This document shows positions 50,707-59,337 of a stretch of DNA of 64,000 bases, in pieces (position 1 is the stretch's first letter; each line of letters begins with the position of its first letter). This DNA comes from an uncultured Gammaproteobacteria bacterium (lineage in GTDB: Bacteria; Patescibacteriota; Patescibacteriia; Patescibacteriales; GWC2-42-12). The position numbers and the translations under genes are program-made. The stretch covers positions 2,059 through 66,058 of the forward strand of contig CAYXNZ010000005.1 of the NCBI GenBank assembly GCA_964467155.1, given 5' to 3'. The notes beneath the pieces are model-generated. The model was not told the origin of the DNA. It saw only the letters and a program-made list of their open reading frames with translations, and made no database searches.

Positions 50707-52311
50707 TTATTGTGTTAATCTCAATAATCCAAATTTAGCTAAATCTTCTGCTTCAAAGAAACTATTATTTCTAGAATTAGCATTCAAGACGACAACTATG
50801 ACTTTGTTATTCCCCTGCTCTGCTCTCAACATTAAACAATAACCCGCCTCATCTAAATATCCGGTTTTTGAACCAGTGATATTTAAATTACTAATATGAA
50901 TTAATAGATTTGTATTTCTAAGTGTATGTTTTTCCTCGGTGTTAATGGTGTAAAAAACATATCTACCCATAGTGCTAGCTTTTTGGATTATGGGATGCTT
51001 AAACAATTCTTTTGTTATTATAGCATAATCCAAAGCTGAACTCACGTTTTCCGGTGATAAACCTGTCGGTTCTACAAATTTAGTAGATACTGTACCCCAA
51101 TTTTTAACCGCTAAATTCATTTGATTAATAAATTCGTCTCTAGCTAGACCACTAACTCTAACCAATGACTCAACTGCATTATTAGCTGACCCGACTAAAG
51201 CCGAATAAACCAAATCTTCAATCGTCAAAGTGTCGCCGTCATTTAATGTCACGCGTGCTGATTCCCATTTATTGCAATATTGATAATTGTATTCCTCATC
51301 TTTAACGCTATAACTTACTTCCCTACTCAATGTTGGACGCATATCCAAAAACACCTTTATCGCCACTAATTTTGTTAAACTAGCAATCGGCAAAGTAGAC
51401 GTAGCTTTCTTTTGCCATAGCACTTCCATTGTAGATTCATCCAATAAAACAGCTGAAACAGCCCCCACGCTAGGATTAAATTCCGCACCAATTTCTGAAA
51501 TACCCAAAACACGTCCATTATCAGAAGCTGTTTCCAGAGACTCTATTCTTACATTAATAATGCCCGCACCAAGTGAAGCAATTTGTTTAAAAGCTACTTT
51601 GTCTAAATCGACCACTCTGTTAGGATGTAATTTTCTTTCTGGACCAAAATCATTAACTTCAACGTCAACAAATTTGTTATTATCTGTATTATAAACCCTT
51701 ATTTTTGAACCTTTTGGAAAATCTGGAGAAGCTGTGTAATTTCCGCCTTTGTAACCATACCAACTTGCCTGACCGATTGCTAAAACATCAGGATTAGAAA
51801 AAACAGCTATTCTGGCAAATGGCAAATGGATCAATGATCTGACAAATTTTTCATCAGGATAATCTTTGGTTGGTAAAGGTCGCCAAGTTGAATAATTTTT
51901 ATCAAAAAAATAAACCTGTTTTAAATAATTAGATTCGTCTTCATATGAAAATTGAATATAAAAAGGTTTATGATCGTCATAGGCTTCTTTATTTTTAAAT
52001 TCAAACTGATAAATATTACTTAATTTTTCTAATTTCCAAGACACATCAATTGTTTCGTTTAGTTTGACAACATCAACGCCTGTCGCCTCGCTTAAAATAC
52101 CCGGCACTAATGACAATTTTATCGAATTATCAAACGCTGAAACAGTATAACCCTTAGCTATCGTCGATTGATCTAAATTAATATGATAAAATTTATTTAA
52201 TTCTTCTGCAATTATTTCTTCACTAGCCACAACAAAATTACCAGCTACAACAGCTAGTAAAATTAAAAATAATAATAAAAATCTTTTCCACATTTGACTG
52301 AATATATACAT
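50707..52311 (-). CDS. Secreted fusion: RlpA-like double-psi beta-barrel domain + D-alanyl-D-alanine carboxypeptidase (peptidase S11)
   Basis: Signal peptide. The RlpA-like segment is GQASWYGYKGGNYTASPDFPKGSKIRVYN..VDVEVNDFGP. The S11 motifs SLTK (SxxK), SANN (SxN) and KTGY (KTG) are present. Confidence 0.8.
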   Translation of the reverse strand: MYIFSQMWKRFLLLFLILLAVVAGNFVVASEEIIAEELNKFYHINLDQSTIAKGYTVSAFDNSIKLSLVPGILSEATGVDVVKLNETIDVSWKLEKLSNIYQFEFKNKEAYDDHKPFYIQFSYEDESNYLKQVYFFDKNYSTWRPLPTKDYPDEKFVRSLIHLPFARIAVFSNPDVLAIGQASWYGYKGGNYTASPDFPKGSKIRVYNTDNNKFVDVEVNDFGPERKLHPNRVVDLDKVAFKQIASLGAGIINVRIESLETASDNGRVLGISEIGAEFNPSVGAVSAVLLDESTMEVLWQKKATSTLPIASLTKLVAIKVFLDMRPTLSREVSYSVKDEEYNYQYCNKWESARVTLNDGDTLTIEDLVYSALVGSANNAVESLVRVSGLARDEFINQMNLAVKNWGTVSTKFVEPTGLSPENVSSALDYAIITKELFKHPIIQKASTMGRYVFYTINTEEKHTLRNTNLLIHISNLNITGSKTGYLDEAGYCLMLRAEQGNNKVIVVVLNANSRNNSFFEAEDLAKFGLLRLTQ

Positions 52312-52396
52312 AACAATATAATTATATCATAAATAATTATAAGCTACGAAATAAAATATTTCTAAACTTAAAATTTTGCAAATTTTAGACAAATTT

Positions 52397-52611
52397 GCGG
52401 GTGTCGTATAATGGTTATTACATCAGCTTCCCAAGCCTAATAAAAATAAATATGCAGGATTAGTACAATGGTAGTACATTTGCTTCCCAAGCAAGAAACA
52501 CGAGTTCGATTCTCGTATCCTGCTCAATCCGGCAGGCAGGCAAGCTGAGAAAGCCAGTCCCCTGCCCGCTCGTGCCTCGCGAGAGGCAGGCGGGGATTCT
52601 GGTCACCCGCT
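52397..52611 (+). pseudogene. Disrupted tRNA-Gly(CCC): the 5' part (52397-52436) and 3' part (52544-52611) are separated by an insertion that contains an intact tRNA-Gly; a 37-nt hairpin sits in the T-loop
   Basis: The 5' part is GCGGGTG-TC-GTATAATGGTTATTAC-A-TCAGC-TTCCCAA-GC. The 3' part is GCTGA-GAAA-GCCAG-T[hairpin 52559-52595]ATT-CTGGT-CACCCGC-T. The acceptor and anticodon stems are complementary across the gap. CAAGC occurs at both junctions. Confidence 0.7.
52454..52524 (+). tRNA. tRNA-Gly (anticodon CCC)
   Basis: Manual cloverleaf: GCAGGAT/ATCCTGC acceptor, D-arm GTAC-AATGGTA-GTAC, anticodon stem TTTGC/GCAAG with loop TTCCCAA, T-arm ACGAG-TTCGATT-CTCGT. CCA is not encoded. Confidence 0.85.
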
Positions 52612-52620
52612 CAAATATAA

Positions 52621-52693
52621 GCCGACCTAGCTCAACTGGTAGAGCAACGGTATCGTAAACCGTAGGTTGTGGGTTCAATTCCCACGGTCGGCT
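52621..52693 (+). tRNA. tRNA-Thr (anticodon CGU)
   Basis: Manual cloverleaf: GCCGACC/GGTCGGC acceptor, D-arm GCTC-AACTGGTA-GAGC, anticodon stem ACGGT/ACCGT with loop ATCGTAA, T-arm GTGGG-TTCAATT-CCCAC. CCA is not encoded. Confidence 0.85.
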
Positions 52694-52700
52694 CAAATAA

Positions 52701-52820
52701 ACGGTATCGCCCGCCCGCAACGACTTACGTCTTGCGGAAGTCGAGCGGGTAAACCGTAGGTTGTGGGTTCCCTGCCCGCTCGTGCCTCGCAGAGGCAGGC
52801 GGGAATTCCCACGGTCGGCT
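52701..52820 (+). pseudogene. Partial tRNA-Thr copy A (anticodon stem to 3' end) with a 40-nt hairpin inside the anticodon and a 33-nt hairpin in the T-loop
   Basis: ACGGTATCG[52710-52749]TAAACCGTAGGTTGTGGGTTC[52771-52803]AATTCCCACGGTCGGCT. Apart from the two inserts it is identical to tRNA-Thr positions 27-73. Confidence 0.8.
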
Positions 52821-52827
52821 CAAATAA

Positions 52828-52947
52828 ACGGTATCGCCCGCCCGCAACGACTTACGTCTTGCGGAAGTCGAGCGGGTAAACCGTAGGTTGTGGGTTCCCT
52901 GCCCGCTCGTGCCTCGCAGAGGCAGGCGGGAATTCCCACGGTCGGTT
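52828..52947 (+). pseudogene. Partial tRNA-Thr copy B (second 127-bp tandem unit)
   Basis: Same structure as copy A, with inserts at 52837-52876 and 52898-52930. There is one C>T change in the acceptor 3' strand (GGTCGGT). Confidence 0.8.
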
Positions 52948-52954
52948 CAAATAA

Positions 52955-53047
52955 ACAGTGCTGGATCCGGGCTTTGTCCGGAGCTATAGTGAAATTTTAC
53001 CCGTCCGAATCCGCCAACTGGCGGAATATGCGGGCCCACGGTCGGTT
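52955..53047 (+). pseudogene. Third, more degraded tRNA-Thr 3'-end remnant preceded by other GC hairpins
   Basis: Ends in CCCACGGTCGGTT (the T-stem 3' strand plus acceptor). Upstream are the hairpins TCCGG-gctttgt-CCGGA and TCCGCC-aact-GGCGGA (53010-53025). Confidence 0.55.
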
Positions 53048-53065
53048 CAGAAATAATCATATAAT

Positions 53066-53098
53066 AAAAAATAATCCATGAAAAATGGATTATTTTTT
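53066..53098. terminator. Bidirectional rho-independent terminator
   Basis: aaaaa-ataatccat-gaaaa-atggattat-ttttt. Confidence 0.7.
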
Positions 53099-53107
53099 AT
53101 TATATGA

Positions 53108-54637
53108 TTATTTCACTAAACTAAAAATTTTAGCATTTCTTATTTGATTATCTATATATTCATTAAAACTTAACCCTTTTACAAAAATAAATCTCAAACC
53201 TGAAGAATTTTCTCTTTGTCCGTATTTAAATAAAATATAATAACCATTATCTTTAATAATAACTTCACTGATTTGATTTACTTCTAAACCCAAAGCCACC
53301 CTGCCAAATCGTTCCAAAATATCATTTTCATTTAGATAATCGCCATAACTAGAACTATCTGCGTATTTTTTTACTTCATCAATAGTTTGGCCTAATTGCA
53401 TTTTCTTTCTCATGTCATTAATTCTAGCTATACCGATTTGATTATAATCTTCATCCATTAAAAAATTAGAATTTAATATTTGTTCGAGAGGTTTTTGAGA
53501 AATTTTTGTCAAAAAATATTTTTCTGTAAATTCTTTTATTATTAAATCTTTTATCATCTTGTTATCCATGACTTCTGATGCAAATTGGGAATATTGATTA
53601 TCATATTCTTTTACATAGTCAATATAATCATAAAAATCTACTGAACCAACATTACTTACAATTGCTGGGATAAAAATATAATCATTAATTTTTCTTAAAC
53701 ATTTGTTGTCAATCTTAAAAATTATTAATAATGAAAAAAGTATAAAATATAAAAATATAAAAATAATCAAAATCATTATCAAAAACTTAAAAAAAAATTT
53801 TTTGGCTTTATACAAAAACCTAATTCCATAAAAAAGTGTTGTTGTTACCCAATTTTTAATATTTAACTTTAAAGCCTTTAATTTTCGAATTCTTCTATTT
53901 TTATTTCTTCGTCTGTCTTTGGTCTTTTTTTTCATTGCTTCTATCTTTATTCCCACCTCTATTTCAGTTTTCTCTTTTTTTTCCCGCTCCAACTGCTCTT
54001 TAGCTAATTGTTTTTGTCTCGCTATACCTACTTTTAACTTTATTTTTCCTAATTTTAAATCTTCTCTTTTTTTTAATCTCTTTTCTTCTTCCTCTCTTTC
54101 TCGCTTTTTTAATTCTTCTTTTATTCTTTCCTTTTCTCTTTTTTCTCTCTCTTTCTTTCTGGCTTGTTTCTCTTTTTTTATTTTTTTATCTTCTTCATTT
54201 TTTAATTTTTCTTCCAATATTCTTGTTTTTTGTGCTTTTTCTATTTCTTCTTTTTTTCTTTCGATAACCTCTTTTTCTTCTTGATGTCTTTTATTCTCTT
54301 CATCTAAAATTTTTTTTCTAGCATCTCTTTGTTTTTCAATTGCCTCTTTTATTCTTTCCTTTTCTGCTCTTTCGTTTAATGCCTTTTCTTCTTGCAATTT
54401 TTTCTGTTTTTCTTTTTCAATAATCTTTTCCTGACGTTTTAGCTCTGTCTTCATTTTTTCTTTTTCTTCCTTTGACAAAACACCATCAACCTTAGAGATT
54501 AACTTCTTCTGTGAATCTTTTGACAATAAATTCTTCCTCGTCTTGTCTTGCTCGCCAATATATTTCAATAAGACATTTCTTGATTTTTTTAATTCTTCCG
54601 AATTTATTTTTTTTATACTATCAACGTCTTTGTTCAT
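53108..54637 (-). CDS. Membrane protein with K/E-rich cytoplasmic N-terminus and extracytoplasmic parvulin/PrsA-like (PPIase-like) domain
   Basis: 509 aa. About 240 aa of charged coiled coil are followed by one TM (FLIMILIIFIFLYFILFSLLIIF). The C-terminal ..YADSSSYGDYLNENDILERFGRVALGLEVNQISEVIIKDNGYYILFK resembles a degenerate PpiC-type domain. Confidence 0.55.
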   Translation of the reverse strand: MNKDVDSIKKINSEELKKSRNVLLKYIGEQDKTRKNLLSKDSQKKLISKVDGVLSKEEKEKMKTELKRQEKIIEKEKQKKLQEEKALNERAEKERIKEAIEKQRDARKKILDEENKRHQEEKEVIERKKEEIEKAQKTRILEEKLKNEEDKKIKKEKQARKKEREKREKERIKEELKKREREEEEKRLKKREDLKLGKIKLKVGIARQKQLAKEQLEREKKEKTEIEVGIKIEAMKKKTKDRRRNKNRRIRKLKALKLNIKNWVTTTLFYGIRFLYKAKKFFFKFLIMILIIFIFLYFILFSLLIIFKIDNKCLRKINDYIFIPAIVSNVGSVDFYDYIDYVKEYDNQYSQFASEVMDNKMIKDLIIKEFTEKYFLTKISQKPLEQILNSNFLMDEDYNQIGIARINDMRKKMQLGQTIDEVKKYADSSSYGDYLNENDILERFGRVALGLEVNQISEVIIKDNGYYILFKYGQRENSSGLRFIFVKGLSFNEYIDNQIRNAKIFSLVK

Positions 54638-54664
54638 AAACTTATTATACCTGTTTTAATATTT

Positions 54665-55093
54665 TTATTCAAAAAAATAAACTAGCCATTTTTGTGTATT
54701 CGTAATATTATCCTTAGAAATACTTTTTTCAAGCCATGGTATTTTAATCATTGAATCAGAAATTGTATCAACACTACCAGAAATATTTTGAGAATCTTCA
54801 ATAACAATTACTTTTTCGCCCTGTTTTTTTAATCCCAAATTAAGACGTGCTTGTTCTTCTACGAATTGATCAGATTCTAAATAATCTATAAGCCCTCTCA
54901 ATTCATGGTTATTATTACCTAATTTTTTTATATCATCTTCTAAACTTTTTATTTCATTATTTATTTTATTTCTCTGACGAATATTCTTCACTAGTGGTAT
55001 AGCAATTAATAAAATTATAATCAAGCCGACAAGAGTTAAAAACTTCTGATTTAAAATCGTCTTATTAAAATTTACATTTTTTTTATTTAACAT
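54665..55093 (-). CDS. Septum formation initiator family protein (FtsB/DivIC-like)
   Basis: 142 aa. An N-terminal TM is followed by a coiled coil and the conserved DYLESDQFVEEQARLNLGLKKQGEKVIVI motif. Confidence 0.75.
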   Translation of the reverse strand: MLNKKNVNFNKTILNQKFLTLVGLIIILLIAIPLVKNIRQRNKINNEIKSLEDDIKKLGNNNHELRGLIDYLESDQFVEEQARLNLGLKKQGEKVIVIEDSQNISGSVDTISDSMIKIPWLEKSISKDNITNTQKWLVYFFE

Positions 55094-55095
55094 AA

Positions 55096-57789
55096 TTATA
55101 TAGCTTCCCTGTCTTTCCGTTGTGCAAAAATGAATTTAATTATTTCAATAATAATTAAATTAGTTAAACCTATGGCAATAACTGGTAACCACATTTTCAT
55201 CGACAAACTTGAGGTAGATATAAAAGTCATCAAAGGTGGCCAATAAATAGCTCCCAGTAGCAACGTTAAGCTTATTAATACAGCACCAATTAAATACATA
55301 TTCTCGAATGGATTTAAACGCCAAATTGGTCGATGTAAACTTCTCAAACCAAAGACATATATTAATGAATCCAAACCGATAGCGGCAAAAACTACAGTTC
55401 TAGCATAACTTAATTCAACTTGTTTAAATAATAAATAATAAAACAAACCAAATATCATGAAATTACGGATTGTACCAGCAATAAAAATTATTAATTTCAT
55501 CTTGGTATTGATTATCGACTCATTTCTCTTGACCGGCTTTTTTTTCATAATACCGGATTCACCTTTTTCAAAAGCTAAAGCAAAATCTGGTAATCCATCA
55601 TTAACAATATTTATCCATAAAATCTGAACGGCAATAATCGGCAATGGCAATTTTAAAATAATTGAACCGATTATTAAAAACATACCGCAAAAACTATCAG
55701 AAATAAGATAAATGACTACTTTACGAATATTAGAAAAAATAACTCTGCCCTGTTCAACTGCCGAAACTATTGTTTTAAAATTATTATCAAGCAAAACTAT
55801 ATCAGATGTTTCTTTCGCTATATCTGTGCCTGTACCAAGAGATATCCCAATATCAGCAGCTTTTAGCGCTGGCGCATCATTAATACCATCACCCGTCATG
55901 GCAACGACTTCACCCGTCTCTTGTAAAACTTTAACTATTCTTAATTTGTGATGCGGACTAACTCGTGCATAAACATTTATTTTTTTTATAATTTTTTTTA
56001 ATTCTCTATCGTCAATTTTATCTAAAGCGTCACCAGTCACAATATTATCTGCGCCGACTTCTAGACCCACCTCTTTGGCAATAGCCCAGGCAGTCAATTT
56101 GTGATCACCCGTAATAATAATTGGTCTAATACCGGCTTGACGACATATTTCAATTGTTTCTTTACTTTCAGGTCTCAGTGGATCTTTAATGGCAATAAAC
56201 CCAACAAAAATTAAATCTTTATCTAATTCTGCCCAATTTATATTATCAATTAATTTCTCATTTAAATTTTCTGATCCTTTTGCGTATTCTTTCATAGCTA
56301 CTCCGATAACTCTTAATCCTTGATTAGTCATTTTTTCATAAACCAAGTTAAGTTTTTTTAAATTGTCCTTGGTTAAATTAACTATTTTACCATGATGAAA
56401 AAATTTACTTGATTTAGCTAATAATTTTTCTGGTGCACCTTTTTCATAAAAAACAAAATCACCCGATTTTTTCTTATGTAAGGTGGCCATAAATTTTGTC
56501 TCACTAAAAAATGGCAAGGTAGCAATCTTAGATTCAATATTCGATAAACTAGTCTTATTAAGACCTGATTGAACCGCCGCTGATAACAAAGCAGCTTCTG
56601 TCGGGGTGCCAATAATCCTCCATTTTTTCAATACATCATTTGGGTTTTCAATAACTGCTTCATTACACATCATACCAATCTGCAAAGCTAAACTAACATT
56701 TTTTGCTTCCTGTTTATTTTGTCTTGAACCTAGATTTTTTATCTCAAATTCCTTTTCTCCGATAACGATATGGGCAACACTCATTTTGCCTTCAGTCAAA
56801 GTGCCTGTCTTGTCTGAACAAATAACTGTTGTTGATCCTAACGTCTCAGCGGCTACTAATTTTCTAATTAATGCCTTACGCTTCAGTATTGTTTGCATGC
56901 CTAATACTAGAATAACCGTAACAGCAGCAGCTAAACCCTCTGGTATAGCCGAAACAGCAATAGCGATACTTAATGTGAATAATTCAAAAAAATCTTTACC
57001 TGCTAAACTACCGACAATTAATAAAATTAATAATATTGCACCTACTAAAAAACCAATAAATTTTGATAATTTAGCTAGCCTTACTTGAAGAGGAGTTTTT
57101 TCTTCTTTTGTTGTTTTAACCATCTCGGCAATCTGCCCAATCTCTGTTAATCGACCGATATCAGTCACTAAGGCTCGGCCACTCCCTCTAATAATAATCG
57201 TACTAGCAAAAACCATATTACTACGATCAGCTAAAGCAACTCCTTTACCGACTTTTTCTATATTTTTCTTCGATGGCATTGATTCACCAGTTAAATTTGC
57301 TTCATCAACAGTCAGCTCAGTTGCCTCAATTAGTCTAGCATCAGCTGAAATTCGATTACCTGGTTTTAAAATAATAATATCACCAGCTACTACCAAAGAA
57401 CTATCTATTTCCATCTCTTGTCCATTACGTAAAACAATCGCTTTATAAGCAATTATTTTTTTCAAAGCATACAAGGCATTGTTAGCTTTATTTTCCTGAA
57501 AAAAACCAATTAATGTATTCAAAAAAACTGCCGTAAAAATAACGACAGCGTCAATATATTCCTTGAGTAAAATAGAAATAAAACCAGCGATTAGTAAAAT
57601 AAAGACTAATGGACTTTTTAACTGCTCCAATAATATAATCAATTTCCCAAGTTTTTTTTCTTCAGCCAATTTATTTGGTCCAAAATTATCATGTCTTTTT
57701 TTTGCTTCAGCTGTATTCAAACCTTGTCTATCTGACTGAAGTTCTTTAAAACAAGTTTCTATCGATTGATGATGAAAATTCATTTTCAT
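55096..57789 (-). CDS. Cation-transporting P-type ATPase (P2-type, Ca2+/Mg2+-like)
   Basis: TGES (LTGESMP), phosphorylation motif CSDKTGTLT, hinge MTGDGINDAPALK, ~10 TM and an N-terminal Cation_ATPase_N-like segment. Confidence 0.9.
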   Translation of the reverse strand: MKMNFHHQSIETCFKELQSDRQGLNTAEAKKRHDNFGPNKLAEEKKLGKLIILLEQLKSPLVFILLIAGFISILLKEYIDAVVIFTAVFLNTLIGFFQENKANNALYALKKIIAYKAIVLRNGQEMEIDSSLVVAGDIIILKPGNRISADARLIEATELTVDEANLTGESMPSKKNIEKVGKGVALADRSNMVFASTIIIRGSGRALVTDIGRLTEIGQIAEMVKTTKEEKTPLQVRLAKLSKFIGFLVGAILLILLIVGSLAGKDFFELFTLSIAIAVSAIPEGLAAAVTVILVLGMQTILKRKALIRKLVAAETLGSTTVICSDKTGTLTEGKMSVAHIVIGEKEFEIKNLGSRQNKQEAKNVSLALQIGMMCNEAVIENPNDVLKKWRIIGTPTEAALLSAAVQSGLNKTSLSNIESKIATLPFFSETKFMATLHKKKSGDFVFYEKGAPEKLLAKSSKFFHHGKIVNLTKDNLKKLNLVYEKMTNQGLRVIGVAMKEYAKGSENLNEKLIDNINWAELDKDLIFVGFIAIKDPLRPESKETIEICRQAGIRPIIITGDHKLTAWAIAKEVGLEVGADNIVTGDALDKIDDRELKKIIKKINVYARVSPHHKLRIVKVLQETGEVVAMTGDGINDAPALKAADIGISLGTGTDIAKETSDIVLLDNNFKTIVSAVEQGRVIFSNIRKVVIYLISDSFCGMFLIIGSIILKLPLPIIAVQILWINIVNDGLPDFALAFEKGESGIMKKKPVKRNESIINTKMKLIIFIAGTIRNFMIFGLFYYLLFKQVELSYARTVVFAAIGLDSLIYVFGLRSLHRPIWRLNPFENMYLIGAVLISLTLLLGAIYWPPLMTFISTSSLSMKMWLPVIAIGLTNLIIIEIIKFIFAQRKDREAI

Positions 57790-57819
57790 ATACTACTTAT
57801 TATAACATAGAATAAATTA

Positions 57820-59337
57820 CTATCGTTTTTTTGGTGTTATCCAAAAACCTAAATATTTTCCAAACATTAATCGTGTCTGAGCTGATAAGCCAGGTATAGC
57901 GCCAAAAATAATAATACTAAAAGGCAAAACTAACCATTGAAAAAACATAATAATATTTTTACTAAAACCATATTTTTTTGGACGAGGCGGTAATAACAAT
58001 GTAGAAATTATAGCGGAAAAAACTAAACCAACCATAGCTAAAGTCATTAAACTTCTTGTAACGACAGGTAGATTGGTTGACAATACTGTTGTGTTAAATC
58101 TATCACCTCCTAAAAGTATCGGCATCCATCCAATTACTGCAATAAGTAAGGCATTAGTTGCCCATGAATGAAAACCATGGAGCTGAACTAAAATTTTATT
58201 AACAAATTTACCACGCGGTAAATTTTTCCAATTTTTTATGGTATTAAACATTAGATAGGGCACATTTTCTACTCCCCAGCCCCAACGACGTTGTTGCTTA
58301 TACAAACTCTTCATCGTTTGCCAAACATTTCCTGCCATACAAACATCCATAGAAACTGGATAATAAAGAGGTTGAACTTTGTAATCACCTTTATAATGAA
58401 GTAAACAATGCCAAAATATTCTTGAATCCTCACTTACCATATGAGTACCCCAAAAACCAATATCAACTAACGCTCGCCAAGTCATTGAATGAGAAGAATA
58501 AGTCGCTAATTTGTCTTGTCTAATTTGTTGCATCATTTGCCAAAAAGTATTTGAAGAAGATGCTACTCTAGCAAAAAACGGAGATTGCCATAAATTATTA
58601 TGATAAACTGGAATCGGTTGGTAACTGGTCTGATATGGTTTCTCTACTGTTAAAAATTCATATGTTAAACGGAAAAAATAACCACAGCTAACAATAGTAT
58701 CTATATCAAAAATACTAACCATAATCTTGTCGTAATTATAATGGTATTTGTCAATAATCTGACGCTTTACTTCTTTAGCTGACCACGCTTGATTTGATCC
58801 TTTACCCTTGATTTCACCAGCTAAATTTTCTGGATGAATTGTAATTACAAAATGCTTAAATTTATTACCAAATTCTCGTTCAATTTTTTTTGCTCTTGTC
58901 TGAGCTTCTTCGCCAGCTCTTTCCTCTGTAGCTAAAACAACTATCATCTTATCTGTTGGATAACCATCGTCCAATAATGCCTGAAAACTTGTTCTAATTA
59001 CTTCAATGTCTTCATTGCAAACTGGAAAAATAATCAAATGTAAAACGTTTTGCCAATCTAAATCACGACACTTCCTCTTCCAATTTATTTTTACATTGTC
59101 TTTCATCTTAAAATAAGCGGCAAATAGATGAACTCCCAAATATATTACTAATAATAACCAATAAACATCAAAGGCTATCATAAAATAAGCCACCCAGATT
59201 GGTTTAAAGTAGGATAAAACAAGTAGACCCAACAAAGTGGACCAAGACAAAAACCCCGGAAAAATTTCCAGTAAACGATAAAGAAATCTATCTCGCCCTT
59301 CTAAATCAGTTGCTTTACCTATTTTTAAATAATCCAT
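57820..59337 (-). CDS. Membrane-embedded family-2 glycosyltransferase (processive synthase-like, QxxRW type)
   Basis: N- and C-terminal TM helices flank a cytoplasmic domain with DxD-like FDIDT and a QQRRWGWG (QxxRW) motif. Confidence 0.75.
   Translation of the reverse strand: MDYLKIGKATDLEGRDRFLYRLLEIFPGFLSWSTLLGLLVLSYFKPIWVAYFMIAFDVYWLLLVIYLGVHLFAAYFKMKDNVKINWKRKCRDLDWQNVLHLIIFPVCNEDIEVIRTSFQALLDDGYPTDKMIVVLATEERAGEEAQTRAKKIEREFGNKFKHFVITIHPENLAGEIKGKGSNQAWSAKEVKRQIIDKYHYNYDKIMVSIFDIDTIVSCGYFFRLTYEFLTVEKPYQTSYQPIPVYHNNLWQSPFFARVASSSNTFWQMMQQIRQDKLATYSSHSMTWRALVDIGFWGTHMVSEDSRIFWHCLLHYKGDYKVQPLYYPVSMDVCMAGNVWQTMKSLYKQQRRWGWGVENVPYLMFNTIKNWKNLPRGKFVNKILVQLHGFHSWATNALLIAVIGWMPILLGGDRFNTTVLSTNLPVVTRSLMTLAMVGLVFSAIISTLLLPPRPKKYGFSKNIIMFFQWLVLPFSIIIFGAIPGLSAQTRLMFGKYLGFWITPKKR

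Noticed and set aside
52701-52947. A reading of the insert-bearing tRNA-Thr copies as functional intron-containing or split tRNA genes (archaeal BHB-type or group I introns).
   Set aside because: The copies lack the entire 5' third of the tRNA. One insert splits the anticodon triplet rather than sitting at position 37/38. The inserts (33-40 nt) are far too short for group I introns. The organism is bacterial. An intact tRNA-Thr sits immediately upstream. The copies are kept as pseudogenes, although expression data could revisit this.
52460-53081. ORFs 52460-52720 (-) and 52890-53081 (+).
   Set aside because: They run through tRNA-Gly, tRNA-Thr and the tRNA-derived tandem copies. The region is fully explained by RNA genes and hairpin repeats.
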